This document shows positions 18,448 through 27,920 of a stretch of 64,000 nucleotides of DNA, piece by piece (position 1 is the stretch's first letter; the number at the start of each line of letters is the position of its first letter). This DNA comes from an uncultured Methanosarcinales archaeon (GTDB lineage Archaea; Nanobdellota; Nanobdellia; Woesearchaeales; ARS49), in NCBI GenBank assembly GCA_964617195.1, contig CAZTVK010000019.1, forward strand, positions 225,019 to 289,018, read 5' to 3'. The notes below the pieces were generated by a model. That model worked only from the letters and a program-made list of their open reading frames with translations. It did no database searches and was not told the origin of the DNA. A program made the position numbers and the translations under genes.

Positions 18448-19905
18448 CTAGCACTAAGAAGAAGCCTATTCTACCCAGCAAACGAGATTTACGCAAATGC
18501 ACCAGCAGGATTCTACGACTTCGGACCCTACGGAGCGACCATCAGGCGAAAAATCGTGGAACTCTGGAGAAAACACCTAGTGCAAAAAGAAGAATTCTTA
18601 GAACTAGACGGCGCGATAACAATGCCAGAAGACGTATTCAAAGCGTCAGGGCATTTGACAAACTTCAACGACCCAATCACACAATGCAAAAAATGCAACA
18701 CAATACACAGAGCAGACAAACTCTTGGAAGAAACAACCAAAAAACCATACAAAGAATCAGCACCACTAGAGGAACTCACGGCAGCATTGCGAGAGCACAA
18801 TCTCAAATGCCCAAAATGCAAAGGAGACTTAATGGACGTAAAACGCTTCAACATGATGGTAAAAGCGGATATTGGCGTATCAACAAAAGCAGCATGCTAC
18901 CTTCGACCAGAAACATGTCAAACGATATTTGTTGATTGGTCAAGGATGGTAAGATCGATGAGGGTAAAGCTGCCAAAAGGAGTGGCGCAAGTCGGAAAAT
19001 CATTCAGAAACGAAATCTCACCAAGACAAACACTATTACGACAAGTAGAATTCTCGCAAATGGAAGCAGAAGTATTCTTCGACCCAGAACAAATCAACGA
19101 AATAGAAAGATGGGAAGAAGTCAAAAATTACGCACTACGCATAATGAAAGTAGGAAGCGACAAAACAGAATATATCCCAGCAGAAAAACTAGTCAAAGAT
19201 AACGTCGTATCAGGCAAAATTATCGCTTATTACCTAGCAAGAACACAACAATTATTCGAAAAATGCGGAATACCAACAGAAAAAATGAGGTTCAGACAAC
19301 TAGACGACAAAGAAAGAGCATTCTACGCAAAAGAAGGCTGGGACTTCGAAGTCGAAACATCACTAGGCTGGGTAGAACTAGTAGCAAACAACTACAGAAC
19401 AGACTATGACCTCAAAGGACACATGGAAGGAAGCAAAACAGACTTACAATTCGCAACACCAGAAGGCAGAAAATTCATACCACACATCTGGGAAATCTCA
19501 ATAGGCCTGGACAGAACATTCTACGCAACACTAGAAATGGCATACAGACAAAAAGACGACAGAATATGGCTATCACTACCACCATCACTAGCACCAATAC
19601 ACGTAGGCATATTCCCACTCATGGCAAACGAAAAAGCCAAAGACCTAGTCAAGAAAGCAGAAGAAATACGAGAAGAACTCCGCGAATGCTACGAAGTACA
19701 ATACGATGACAGTGGCAGCATTGGTAAAAGATACGCGCGAATGGACGAAATAGGAGTGCCATGGTGCATCACAATAGATTTCGGCTCAGTCACAAATGAT
19801 GACGTAACAATCAGAGCAAGAGACACTGCAGCACAGAAAAGAGTAAAAATAAGCGAACTAAAAGATACACTATACCAATTAATAACAGGAAAAATGCACA
19901 TTTAA
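18421..19905 (+). CDS. glyS: Glycyl-tRNA synthetase (archaeal/eukaryotic class II type)
   Basis: 494 aa; N-terminus RRSLFYPANEIYANAPAGFYDFGPYG matches GlyRS signature (RRGFFWPSFEIYGG..GFYDYGP); Zn-like CKKC…CPKC insertion. Confidence 0.8.
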   Translation: MATYEDVVNLALRRSLFYPANEIYANAPAGFYDFGPYGATIRRKIVELWRKHLVQKEEFLELDGAITMPEDVFKASGHLTNFNDPITQCKKCNTIHRADKLLEETTKKPYKESAPLEELTAALREHNLKCPKCKGDLMDVKRFNMMVKADIGVSTKAACYLRPETCQTIFVDWSRMVRSMRVKLPKGVAQVGKSFRNEISPRQTLLRQVEFSQMEAEVFFDPEQINEIERWEEVKNYALRIMKVGSDKTEYIPAEKLVKDNVVSGKIIAYYLARTQQLFEKCGIPTEKMRFRQLDDKERAFYAKEGWDFEVETSLGWVELVANNYRTDYDLKGHMEGSKTDLQFATPEGRKFIPHIWEISIGLDRTFYATLEMAYRQKDDRIWLSLPPSLAPIHVGIFPLMANEKAKDLVKKAEEIREELRECYEVQYDDSGSIGKRYARMDEIGVPWCITIDFGSVTNDDVTIRARDTAAQKRVKISELKDTLYQLITGKMHI

Positions 19906-19916
19906 GAGGGAACAAA

Positions 19917-20204
19917 ATGGAAATCAAAGACCTACAAGCAGGACAAGGAAAAATTGACATTACGGTAGAAGTAGCCAGCGTAGATGCTCCAAGAGCATTC
20001 GACAAGTTTGGAAAAGCAGGAAAAGTGGCAAATGCCAAAGCAAAAGACGCAAGCGGCGAGATAACACTCACACTCTGGAACGAACAATGCGACTTAGTCA
20101 AAGCAGGAATGAAAGTCCACATAATCAACGGCTACGTATCAGAGTTCAGAGGAGAAAAACAACTAGGCACAGGAAAGTTCGGAAGACTGGAAGTTGTGCA
20201 GTAA
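19917..20204 (+). CDS. OB-fold nucleic-acid-binding protein (SSB/RPA-like single OB domain)
   Basis: 95 aa; pattern typical of tRNA_anti/OB-fold proteins (GKIDITVEV…GEITLTLW…GMKVHIINGYVSEFRG). Confidence 0.55.
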   Translation: MEIKDLQAGQGKIDITVEVASVDAPRAFDKFGKAGKVANAKAKDASGEITLTLWNEQCDLVKAGMKVHIINGYVSEFRGEKQLGTGKFGRLEVVQ

Positions 20205-20235
20205 ATTATTTTGTTTCTTCTTTTAACAGAAAACC

Positions 20236-20243
20236 TTTTAAAG
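20236..20243 (+). promoter_or_regulatory. TATA box (ttttaaag) for tRNA-Phe
   Basis: ~25 nt upstream of tRNA 5' end. Confidence 0.4.
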
Positions 20244-20267
20244 CTTTCATAGAGAGAAACGCTTGAT

Positions 20268-20341
20268 GGGAGTGTAACTCAGCCCGGGAGAGTACACCGC
20301 TGAAGACGGTGCTGTCGCTGGTTCAAATCCGGCCACTCCCA
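20268..20341 (+). tRNA. tRNA-Phe (anticodon GAA)
   Basis: 74 nt cloverleaf: acceptor GGGAGUG/CACUCCC, D-loop with GG, anticodon stem CACCG/CGGUG with loop CUGAAGA, T-loop UUCAAAU, discriminator A; CCA not encoded; oligo-T follows. Confidence 0.9.
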
Positions 20342-20348
20342 TTTTTTC

Positions 20349-22514
20349 TTAATTAATCGCCATCACAGCGCCGCTCACAATTCTCGAAGCGATAATGTTG
20401 AACAACAACATCACAACACCAGAAATAAAACAATACAACAAAGTGCTTTTAATCAAATTATTGCCGAGCAAATAACGCTCCTGCAGCTTATCAGCGCCAT
20501 TCTCAATTCCATTAGACAAAACAGTCAAAATGTACACTATCTGGAAAACATAAATTCCAACAACAGCCTGGAAATAATAAGTAGGAACACCATCACCAAA
20601 GAAGTTAGCCAACGCGCCAATCTGAGTGCCAGCCTGCTCCTCGCCCAAATTAGTGATATTCTTCGACAAATTACCCAAAATGTAAGTAATCATAGAGGTA
20701 ATTCCGATAACAATCCCTGAAATAGCAGGCGTCAAGAAAGCAATCTGAGACTTCATGTCAGAAATGATATCGGCCATCAAATCCTTCAACCGCTCGTTCA
20801 CCTTATGAATCTCCTTAATGTAACGCGCAATATTCAACAACGCCTGCGCAGCAATCAAAGGACCCTTCTTAACGCTCTCAATAAGCACTTTCATGGAAGA
20901 CTGAATAATCGCGCTCGGGAAAGCAGCCAAAGCACCCTGCTGCGGGTTAAAAAGAGCATCGCGCACACTCATGCCCAATCTGCTAATATTCGTAGCAACC
21001 AACTTGAAGAACCGACCAGAAGTTGATTCTTCCATAACTTCAGCAACTTTCTGGAACGCAATCTCGGCAGGCAAACCATCACCCAAACGGTTACCAAGCT
21101 GGAACAAAGCAGAAGAAAACTCGTCCTCCAATTTTTTCGCTTCCTCGCGAATCTTAATCACGTTCTGACTGCGCAGCCTATAGTACAAACCAAAGCTCAT
21201 AGCCAGACTAATCGGGAAAAACAAAGACAACAAACTCGCGCCAAGCCCGAACGGACCAATAATCAAGTCCTCAACCTTCATGCTTTCCTTATAGCCCAAC
21301 AACTCAAAACCAGCAAAAGAAATATCATAGGTTGGATTAACAAAATAAATAATCAAAGGCGAAAGTGCAAGAACAAGCATTGCAAAACCGACAATAAGCG
21401 CGATAAAAAAAGGAGGAATCACTATTTCAGCACCACCAACCTTTATTATAACATTATTATACTTCTTCAAAGCCGGATTAATCTCAGAAATATCCGTATC
21501 ACCATAACCAGTCGGCCTCTTAGACAAAACATTCTTGCCCATAAAGTAAACAGTCAAAGGCAACACGACATTATACAATGCAGCAATATGATACCAGGAA
21601 ACTCCCTCCATAAAACTAATCATCAAAGGCAAAATTACCAGGCCCAAAATAGGCAGGATGACTCCCAACATGTGCAGCATGGTGATAGGACCCTTCAAGT
21701 TCTGCGCGTAATGCAACATCTTCTCATACGTCTCATCAAGAATAACATCAAGACCCTTGTCCAACAAGCCCAAACGCCTCTCCTCAGAAGTCTCATACAA
21801 AGAGCTCTGCACAAGATGGAAAGACTCAACAAACTCCATGTTAGACGAACGCCAACTCTCCAAATAAGACGAGAGAGAATCCTTGATGTTCTCAAACCTA
21901 CTGTTCTCAACATCCCAAATGACCTTGCGCAAGTCCAAACTCAAAGGAGGAGCCAAATGCTCGGAAGCAAACTCAATAGCGAGCTCCAAATTGGAAGTAT
22001 GACGCATGTACGTAACAACATAAAAAATGCACAACACCATCTGATTACTAGACTTCATCCTCCACGTATTAGCCATGAACTCAGGAGTCTTTTGCAACAA
22101 AAAAATACCGGAAATACCAATGGCAAGACCAAACAACGTGAAAAAAATACTGTTCAACACAAACAGAGAAAATATCAAGCTAACAAAAATGAACGCAACA
22201 GGCACAACAATGCTCGCAGCCAACACGCCAGCAGGAGTAGTCTGCAAATGAGCAATATTAATCAAATCCTGAACCTGCGCAGCCTTCTCAGGCTTAACCT
22301 TCATCTTCAACAATTTCTCACAAAAATTACACAAGTTCTCGTACGCAGTCATATGAGGAGGCAAGAGCTCCTTCCTGAAAATATTGTACTCGCGACTATA
22401 CAACTGCCCGCTTCCAGCAGAACCCTGAATGTCCAACTGCTCAGACAACTTATGCTTGTACTTCTCAATCAAATCCTGTTCAGCAGTCACTTTCTCACCG
22501 CATTCTTCAACCAC
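20349..22514 (-). CDS. FlaJ/TadC-like polytopic membrane protein of archaeal type IV pilus/archaellum assembly (T2SS-F domain)
   Basis: 721 aa; cytoplasmic helical domains alternating with TM clusters; immediately downstream of secretion ATPase gene. Confidence 0.75.
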   Translation of the reverse strand: MVEECGEKVTAEQDLIEKYKHKLSEQLDIQGSAGSGQLYSREYNIFRKELLPPHMTAYENLCNFCEKLLKMKVKPEKAAQVQDLINIAHLQTTPAGVLAASIVVPVAFIFVSLIFSLFVLNSIFFTLFGLAIGISGIFLLQKTPEFMANTWRMKSSNQMVLCIFYVVTYMRHTSNLELAIEFASEHLAPPLSLDLRKVIWDVENSRFENIKDSLSSYLESWRSSNMEFVESFHLVQSSLYETSEERRLGLLDKGLDVILDETYEKMLHYAQNLKGPITMLHMLGVILPILGLVILPLMISFMEGVSWYHIAALYNVVLPLTVYFMGKNVLSKRPTGYGDTDISEINPALKKYNNVIIKVGGAEIVIPPFFIALIVGFAMLVLALSPLIIYFVNPTYDISFAGFELLGYKESMKVEDLIIGPFGLGASLLSLFFPISLAMSFGLYYRLRSQNVIKIREEAKKLEDEFSSALFQLGNRLGDGLPAEIAFQKVAEVMEESTSGRFFKLVATNISRLGMSVRDALFNPQQGALAAFPSAIIQSSMKVLIESVKKGPLIAAQALLNIARYIKEIHKVNERLKDLMADIISDMKSQIAFLTPAISGIVIGITSMITYILGNLSKNITNLGEEQAGTQIGALANFFGDGVPTYYFQAVVGIYVFQIVYILTVLSNGIENGADKLQERYLLGNNLIKSTLLYCFISGVVMLLFNIIASRIVSGAVMAIN

Positions 22515-24739
22515 TCATTCCACTGGAAAAAGATGCGCTGGCTGTCCAACACACCAACTTCTTCCCGCACCTGCTCTGAAATCCTGTGGAACTCGTCATT
22601 CGCACGAATGTAAAAACCAGCCTCCAACAAATCAAAATTTTTCAGCTTGTTTGCAGTTGCTACAAGAGTCTCCTTAATCTTAGCCCTAAGCTGAATGTTA
22701 TCCCACACTGCGTCCCAATTGCCCGCCCACTCCTTAACACTGCCAGCCACAGACTTGATAACATCACTATCGCCCCTCAACAAATCATTTGTGGGAACGA
22801 GCGCATCAATCTGAGGATCATACTTGAACAAGTCAACAAAACCATTCTCGGTCAGAGGGTCGTCCTCCCACAACTTACGCACTTCAGTAATCTGAGTAAC
22901 CCTTCTGTAACGATGAATTCCATCAGGACTTCTAACAGGATTAGCAACAACAATAAGATCAGTTGCTTTGAAACTCGTTCTCGGAACTCCCAAGTCGTTC
23001 ACGACACGGTCAAACACACCATACGGACTATCACCGTGAATCGTGCCGGCAACAACATTAGCCAAAGCACCAACACGCATAGCTTCATACAATGAACGCG
23101 CTTCAACACTTCTAACTTCACCAACAATCAAACTGGAATCGCCAAGACGAAGCGTACTACGAATGCCCTCATCAGCACTAACTTCAGTCGTGCCCCTCGT
23201 CAAAGCAGACGCGACCTTCATGCTCTGCACGTTATACCCTAATTTGCGCAAAGCATCAACAGGAAGCTCCAAAGTATCTTCTATTGTAATTATTCTCGAA
23301 CGGCGCATGATATCAACCATAACCGCGCCAAGCAAAGAAGTCTTACCCGAGCTTCTAGTACCAGCAACCAAAATAGTCCTGCTTCCATCAATCAAAAAGC
23401 TCAACGCGCCAGCAGCCAACGGAGTTAACATCCTAGTATTCATGAACAACGGCAGCGTCCACGGCTTGTCACGATGACGCCTAATAGAATACGCGAGACC
23501 TGTAGGATTCAAAGGAGCAGCAATAGCAGCAACTCTAGCGCGCGCTTGAGGCAAAACAAGCTCTGTATCAAGAATAGGATTAGCCTCGTCCAACGGCCTA
23601 CCAGAAAGCATCCTCAACTTTGAAGCCCAGCTCTCACCCTCAGGAGCAGTCGGAATAATATTTGTAGTGCAATCGCCAAAATCATTATGCACAATGAACA
23701 TCGGAATCCTGCCCATAGGAGAATTAATCGTGATATCCTGCACCTTATCATCCGCAAGCAAAACTTCAATCAAACCAAAACCAACAGTGTATCTAACCAG
23801 AATTTCAGCCAAATCATCACGATCCTTATTACGCAAGTGAATGTTACGATGATTTGACAATTCCTCCAACAAATCAGTACCAACACTCGTGAACACCTGA
23901 CGCATCCGCTGAGGATCAACAAACTCAGAACGCTTCGGCTGATGCTCAGACATAATCTTCCTGGCAGCATCCAACAACTCATACTTTTCCTCAGACAGCT
24001 TGAACTCAGGAGGAACCATATGGTAAAGATACTGCACTGTTTCCGGAAGCTGGAAAATAGTAATTTCAGTCTCACCAACCTGATAACTGGCCAATTCCTC
24101 GCCTTCTGAAGGGAAAGTCGCCATCAATTTAGTAAACATGAAATCAGGCTTGATCGTCGGAGAAAACAAACGGCGATAAATCGTCCTATCACCAGGCTGA
24201 AAACCCGGCAGATACGGCTGAGCGAGCTGGATCAACTTCGTCTGCTCAAGCATGCCAATAGTCTCTTGCAATAACCTGAAATAATTCTGCAAACACTGCA
24301 CGCCATCAGGAGTAGTAATATTCGCTTCAATCTGCCGTTTCTCCTCTCTAAGCAAACGCTTCAGCTCAACATACGCAGCAACAGGATCAGCCTTAAAAGT
24401 CCGATACAAAATATTCTGAATCAACGTATATCTAGGATTAATCCAACGCGCACACTCAGGCTTAGCAAGCATGCCATAAGCAAACTTCTGCTTCACCAAA
24501 TTCTTGTAAACAACCGCAAGCTCAGAAAGCAGTGCAACCTGGCCCTCATCATACTCAAAATCACGCTTTTGCACAAAAACAAGCTGGGTAACCATTCCAA
24601 CCTCTGACAACATGTCAATGGTCATACCCATCAAACGAGGCTCATCCTCCAAGCTAGGGAAAAAAGAGCAGCCTTCACAATCTACCCTGAGAATAATATC
24701 TTCCCCTTCACGAATAATATCGTACTTTCCGCACTCCAT
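22487..24739 (-). CDS. FlaI/PilB/VirB11-family secretion ATPase (type IV pilus or archaellum assembly), long form
   Basis: 750 aa; Walker A AGTRSSGKTS, Asp/His boxes, N-terminal ~200-aa extension with CEGC motif; TATA ~25 nt upstream on minus strand. Confidence 0.85.
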   Translation of the reverse strand: MECGKYDIIREGEDIILRVDCEGCSFFPSLEDEPRLMGMTIDMLSEVGMVTQLVFVQKRDFEYDEGQVALLSELAVVYKNLVKQKFAYGMLAKPECARWINPRYTLIQNILYRTFKADPVAAYVELKRLLREEKRQIEANITTPDGVQCLQNYFRLLQETIGMLEQTKLIQLAQPYLPGFQPGDRTIYRRLFSPTIKPDFMFTKLMATFPSEGEELASYQVGETEITIFQLPETVQYLYHMVPPEFKLSEEKYELLDAARKIMSEHQPKRSEFVDPQRMRQVFTSVGTDLLEELSNHRNIHLRNKDRDDLAEILVRYTVGFGLIEVLLADDKVQDITINSPMGRIPMFIVHNDFGDCTTNIIPTAPEGESWASKLRMLSGRPLDEANPILDTELVLPQARARVAAIAAPLNPTGLAYSIRRHRDKPWTLPLFMNTRMLTPLAAGALSFLIDGSRTILVAGTRSSGKTSLLGAVMVDIMRRSRIITIEDTLELPVDALRKLGYNVQSMKVASALTRGTTEVSADEGIRSTLRLGDSSLIVGEVRSVEARSLYEAMRVGALANVVAGTIHGDSPYGVFDRVVNDLGVPRTSFKATDLIVVANPVRSPDGIHRYRRVTQITEVRKLWEDDPLTENGFVDLFKYDPQIDALVPTNDLLRGDSDVIKSVAGSVKEWAGNWDAVWDNIQLRAKIKETLVATANKLKNFDLLEAGFYIRANDEFHRISEQVREEVGVLDSQRIFFQWNEWLKNAVRK

Positions 24740-24828
24740 GATTCCCCTCTTTTACTACTAATATAAAGTCACACAAGTTTATGATATTCCCCAATAACTT
24801 TAAGACTTGAGGTATTTAAACATTTAGC

Positions 24829-25320
24829 ATGGCAGACGAAGCAATACAATATGGCGCGGAAGCGCCAACACCAGCCCAGCCAGCCAAAAAAGGGCTATTC
24901 TCAGCAAAAACACCACCTCCAATGCCAGACATCAGCGGAATGACAGACCAAATCAACTCAATGGCTGCCAGAGTGCGCATAGGAGAAGAAAGATATAGCG
25001 AAATCCGCAAAAAACTACTCCTAATAGAACAAAACATGCTATCAAACCACAAAAAAGCCATGTCTGAAATAAAAACACTGCAAACAGACCTCCTGGAAAT
25101 GAAACACACAATACAAACAGTCGAAGACAGAATAATAATGGTAATTAAAGAATTACGATTAACAGCAAGAAAAGAAGACGTAGACGTCATGAAAAGATAT
25201 CTAGACCTCTGGGACCCAGTCAAATTCATCACAGCAGACAGAGTGGAAAAACTCATTGATGAAAAACTCGGCAAACCAGAAGAACAACGCATACCGCCGA
25301 ACTATGACAGCCCGTCATAG
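24829..25320 (+). CDS. Coiled-coil protein, unknown function
   Basis: 163 aa; Pro/Ala-rich N-terminus then heptad-rich helical region; divergent from the ATPase gene. Confidence 0.45.
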   Translation: MADEAIQYGAEAPTPAQPAKKGLFSAKTPPPMPDISGMTDQINSMAARVRIGEERYSEIRKKLLLIEQNMLSNHKKAMSEIKTLQTDLLEMKHTIQTVEDRIIMVIKELRLTARKEDVDVMKRYLDLWDPVKFITADRVEKLIDEKLGKPEEQRIPPNYDSPS

Positions 25321-25365
25321 CAAAAGGTTTTAAAAGCTATCATACAAATAACCGCATAAAAAGAG

Positions 25366-26040
25366 TTGAACACAATGCCAATAATGGATATATTCAAGAA
25401 AAAGAAACCAGAAGGATCACCATACTCAATGCCAGGAGCTCAAGAAATGATGCCTCCTCCAATGGGACAAGGCATGCAAGCACCCATGGCACCATCTTCT
25501 GAAGTACCAATCTCACAAGTCGTAAGCATGCAATCACAAGGACTAACTAACAACCAAATCATACAATCATTGCAAAGACAAGGCTACCAGCCAACACAAA
25601 TCTATGACTCGCTGGCGCAGGCAGAAGCAAAAAGAAGCATAGAACCAATGGAAGTGCCGGGAGAAATGGCGCCAAAAGCAGAAATGAGAATGCCGCCCAC
25701 AACAACGCATCCTGAATCAGAAGCAATAGTGGAACAAATAATAGAAGAAAAATGGCATGAACTCCAAAAAGACCTCGGAAAAATAAACGAGTGGAAAGAA
25801 CTAATCACATCACGCATGGACAAACTCGAACAAAGCACAACAGACATGAAAATGGACCTGGACGGACTCCACAAAGCAATAGTCGCGCGCATAGGAGAAT
25901 ACGACAAGACTCTAATGGACGTAGGAACAGAAATCAAAGCCATGGAAAAAGTCTTCCAAAAAGTATTACCAGAACTAACAGGAAACATTCAAGAGCTTTC
26001 TAGAATAACAAAAAACGTGAAAGGCCCAGTAAAAAGATAA
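25366..26040 (+). CDS. Coiled-coil protein with Pro/Met/Gln-rich N-terminus and a short helix-hairpin motif
   Basis: 224 aa; MPPPMGQGMQAPMAP low-complexity; GLTNNQIIQSLQRQGYQPTQIYDSL motif; C-terminal coiled coil paralogous to previous ORF. Confidence 0.45.
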   Translation: MNTMPIMDIFKKKKPEGSPYSMPGAQEMMPPPMGQGMQAPMAPSSEVPISQVVSMQSQGLTNNQIIQSLQRQGYQPTQIYDSLAQAEAKRSIEPMEVPGEMAPKAEMRMPPTTTHPESEAIVEQIIEEKWHELQKDLGKINEWKELITSRMDKLEQSTTDMKMDLDGLHKAIVARIGEYDKTLMDVGTEIKAMEKVFQKVLPELTGNIQELSRITKNVKGPVKR

Positions 26041-26041
26041 A

Positions 26042-26599
26042 CTAGCCAGAACTCGTCATCTTACTAATAGTAAAGTAAGCAACAAGCAGAACCAAAACCA
26101 TGCCCAAAATCTTAGGATGGAACAAAGTCTGCCAGAAACCAAATTCTTTCTCAGGAGGATGCTCACCTAACGTGGCGTTTCCCCCAGCCAAATCCCTGAA
26201 GCCCTTCTCCTCATTAATAACGAAAAACAAAGAGCCAAGACCAATAATCAACATGATAGAAAGCACCCACATGCCAAAAGCGCCACCATACTCTTCACCA
26301 GTAATCGTCTCAATAACCTTCTCCTTGCTGATTCCAAAAGTCATGTAAGCAAGAACGATCAGCACGCCAAAAATAATGAACAGCACAAACCACGGCGCCA
26401 TCAAATTAATAGTCTTAATCGCAATCCTGGAAAACAAAGTCATGATAGCAGCAATAATCGCAATCAAAGCAGCCATGCCTTGCTTTTCCTTAAACCAATC
26501 ACTCTGAGAAAGAATCGCGTAAACAAGCACGAGAACTAACAAAAACGGGAAAATCCCTCCAAACTGCTGCAAAACACTAATGTCTAAAGGAGTCGCCAT
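26042..26599 (-). CDS. 4-TM membrane protein, member of tandem paralog family (P4)
   Basis: 185 aa; 4 hydrophobic helices; the most divergent of four adjacent paralogs. Confidence 0.5.
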   Translation of the reverse strand: MATPLDISVLQQFGGIFPFLLVLVLVYAILSQSDWFKEKQGMAALIAIIAAIMTLFSRIAIKTINLMAPWFVLFIIFGVLIVLAYMTFGISKEKVIETITGEEYGGAFGMWVLSIMLIIGLGSLFFVINEEKGFRDLAGGNATLGEHPPEKEFGFWQTLFHPKILGMVLVLLVAYFTISKMTSSG

Positions 26600-26601
26600 G
26601 G

Positions 26602-27291
26602 TCAGGGCTTAGTAAGCATCCACCTCTTCATAGCCACTTCCATCTTCTCTCCGCCCTCAGGCCTGATAACCCACCAGCCAACCAAGCCCATAGTTAACAA
26701 CACAACTATGAGCGCCTGGATTGCAGGATCACGAAGCCACGTAGACGTAGGAAGCCAATACGGAAACATGTTCATCAAGAACAAAACAACAAGCACGCCA
26801 ACAGCAGCAACAGCCACAAACATCTGCATCATACTAGGCATGCCAGCACCAGCCAAGCCGAGCAATAACAACACGACAAAAACAGCCATAAGCACAATCG
26901 CAGTACTAGGCAAGAATGCGCTAATCATGTCAATAGGATCCTGACCAGGAGGATAATAACCAAGAATATGAGGCATGGTAACAGACAAAGAGATAACAAT
27001 CGCGATCATAGAATTAATACGCTTGTTGCCAACCATGACGTCAACGGTTCTTGCATCGTTGCCCGTGCCAACAGTCTTTGTCTTCCCAACCAATTGTCCC
27101 TGCGCATTTTTCTCCATCACTTGCACTTGGAACAAAGGAGTTCGTTGCAAAATGGCAAAAATTAAAGTGAAAAACAACAAAGCAGGCAAGAGAAAATCCT
27201 GAAAGCCAAAGTCAGTCAAGTACTGAAACAAACTACTAAGCTGACCTCCGCCACTCGGGTACTGTTGCATAAATTGAAACAACATTTTCAC
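26602..27291 (-). CDS. 4-TM membrane protein, tandem paralog family (P3)
   Basis: 229 aa; shares SGGG…SLFQxLxDxGFxDxLLPxLLxFTxIFxILQ and YPPGQDP(I/V)D…FLPSTA(I/V)…LLLLGLAG blocks with P2. Confidence 0.55.
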   Translation of the reverse strand: MKMLFQFMQQYPSGGGQLSSLFQYLTDFGFQDFLLPALLFFTLIFAILQRTPLFQVQVMEKNAQGQLVGKTKTVGTGNDARTVDVMVGNKRINSMIAIVISLSVTMPHILGYYPPGQDPIDMISAFLPSTAIVLMAVFVVLLLLGLAGAGMPSMMQMFVAVAAVGVLVVLFLMNMFPYWLPTSTWLRDPAIQALIVVLLTMGLVGWWVIRPEGGEKMEVAMKRWMLTKP

Positions 27292-27905
27292 TTAATCTCG
27301 CCAAACATACGATTCAGCCAATCAGTAAATCCATGCGAGTTTGGCGCCGTTGGCTCTCGGATAACAAAAAAGCCAACCAGACCCATGACTAGCAGAATGA
27401 TAACCAAAGCCTGAATGGACGGGTCATGCAAGAAGCTAAAAGTAGGCCAGAAGCCAGGAAGCACGGCCATCAAGATCATCACGATCAAAAAGCCCAAAGC
27501 GACAAGAGCAACAGTCCACAACATAAAGCTCGGAACAGCGCCGCCAGCCAAGCCAAGCAATAATATAACACACAACACTGCTAATAAGATAACGGCAGTG
27601 CTAGGCAAGAACTGATTGATGATGTCAACAGGATCCTGACCAGGAGGGTAAGCCCCAATAATATGAGGAACGACAACCATAGCAGCAATAATAAAGCCTA
27701 GAACAGCGTTAATTTGCTTATCAGGCTTCTTGTCATCTCCTTTATGGAACAAAGCAATCTTCTGCAAAATACCAAATATGATTGTGAACAACAACAAGAA
27801 CGGCAATAAAGCATCAATGAAGCCCCAGTCTACCAAAGCCTGGAACAATGACTGGATAGCGCTTCCGCCGCCACCAGAATACGGTGCATATGCTTGAAAC
27901 AACAT
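27288..27905 (-). CDS. 4-TM membrane protein, tandem paralog family (P2)
   Basis: 205 aa; ATGA overlap with P3; conserved blocks as above. Confidence 0.55.
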   Translation of the reverse strand: MLFQAYAPYSGGGGSAIQSLFQALVDWGFIDALLPFLLLFTIIFGILQKIALFHKGDDKKPDKQINAVLGFIIAAMVVVPHIIGAYPPGQDPVDIINQFLPSTAVILLAVLCVILLLGLAGGAVPSFMLWTVALVALGFLIVMILMAVLPGFWPTFSFLHDPSIQALVIILLVMGLVGFFVIREPTAPNSHGFTDWLNRMFGEIK

Positions 27906-27920
27906 TCTACTCCTCCTTTT

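Noticed and set aside
18421-19905. Initial impression of prolyl-tRNA synthetase for the class II synthetase
   Set aside because: N-terminal signature (FYPANEIY…GFYDFGPYG) is that of archaeal/eukaryotic GlyRS, not ProRS.
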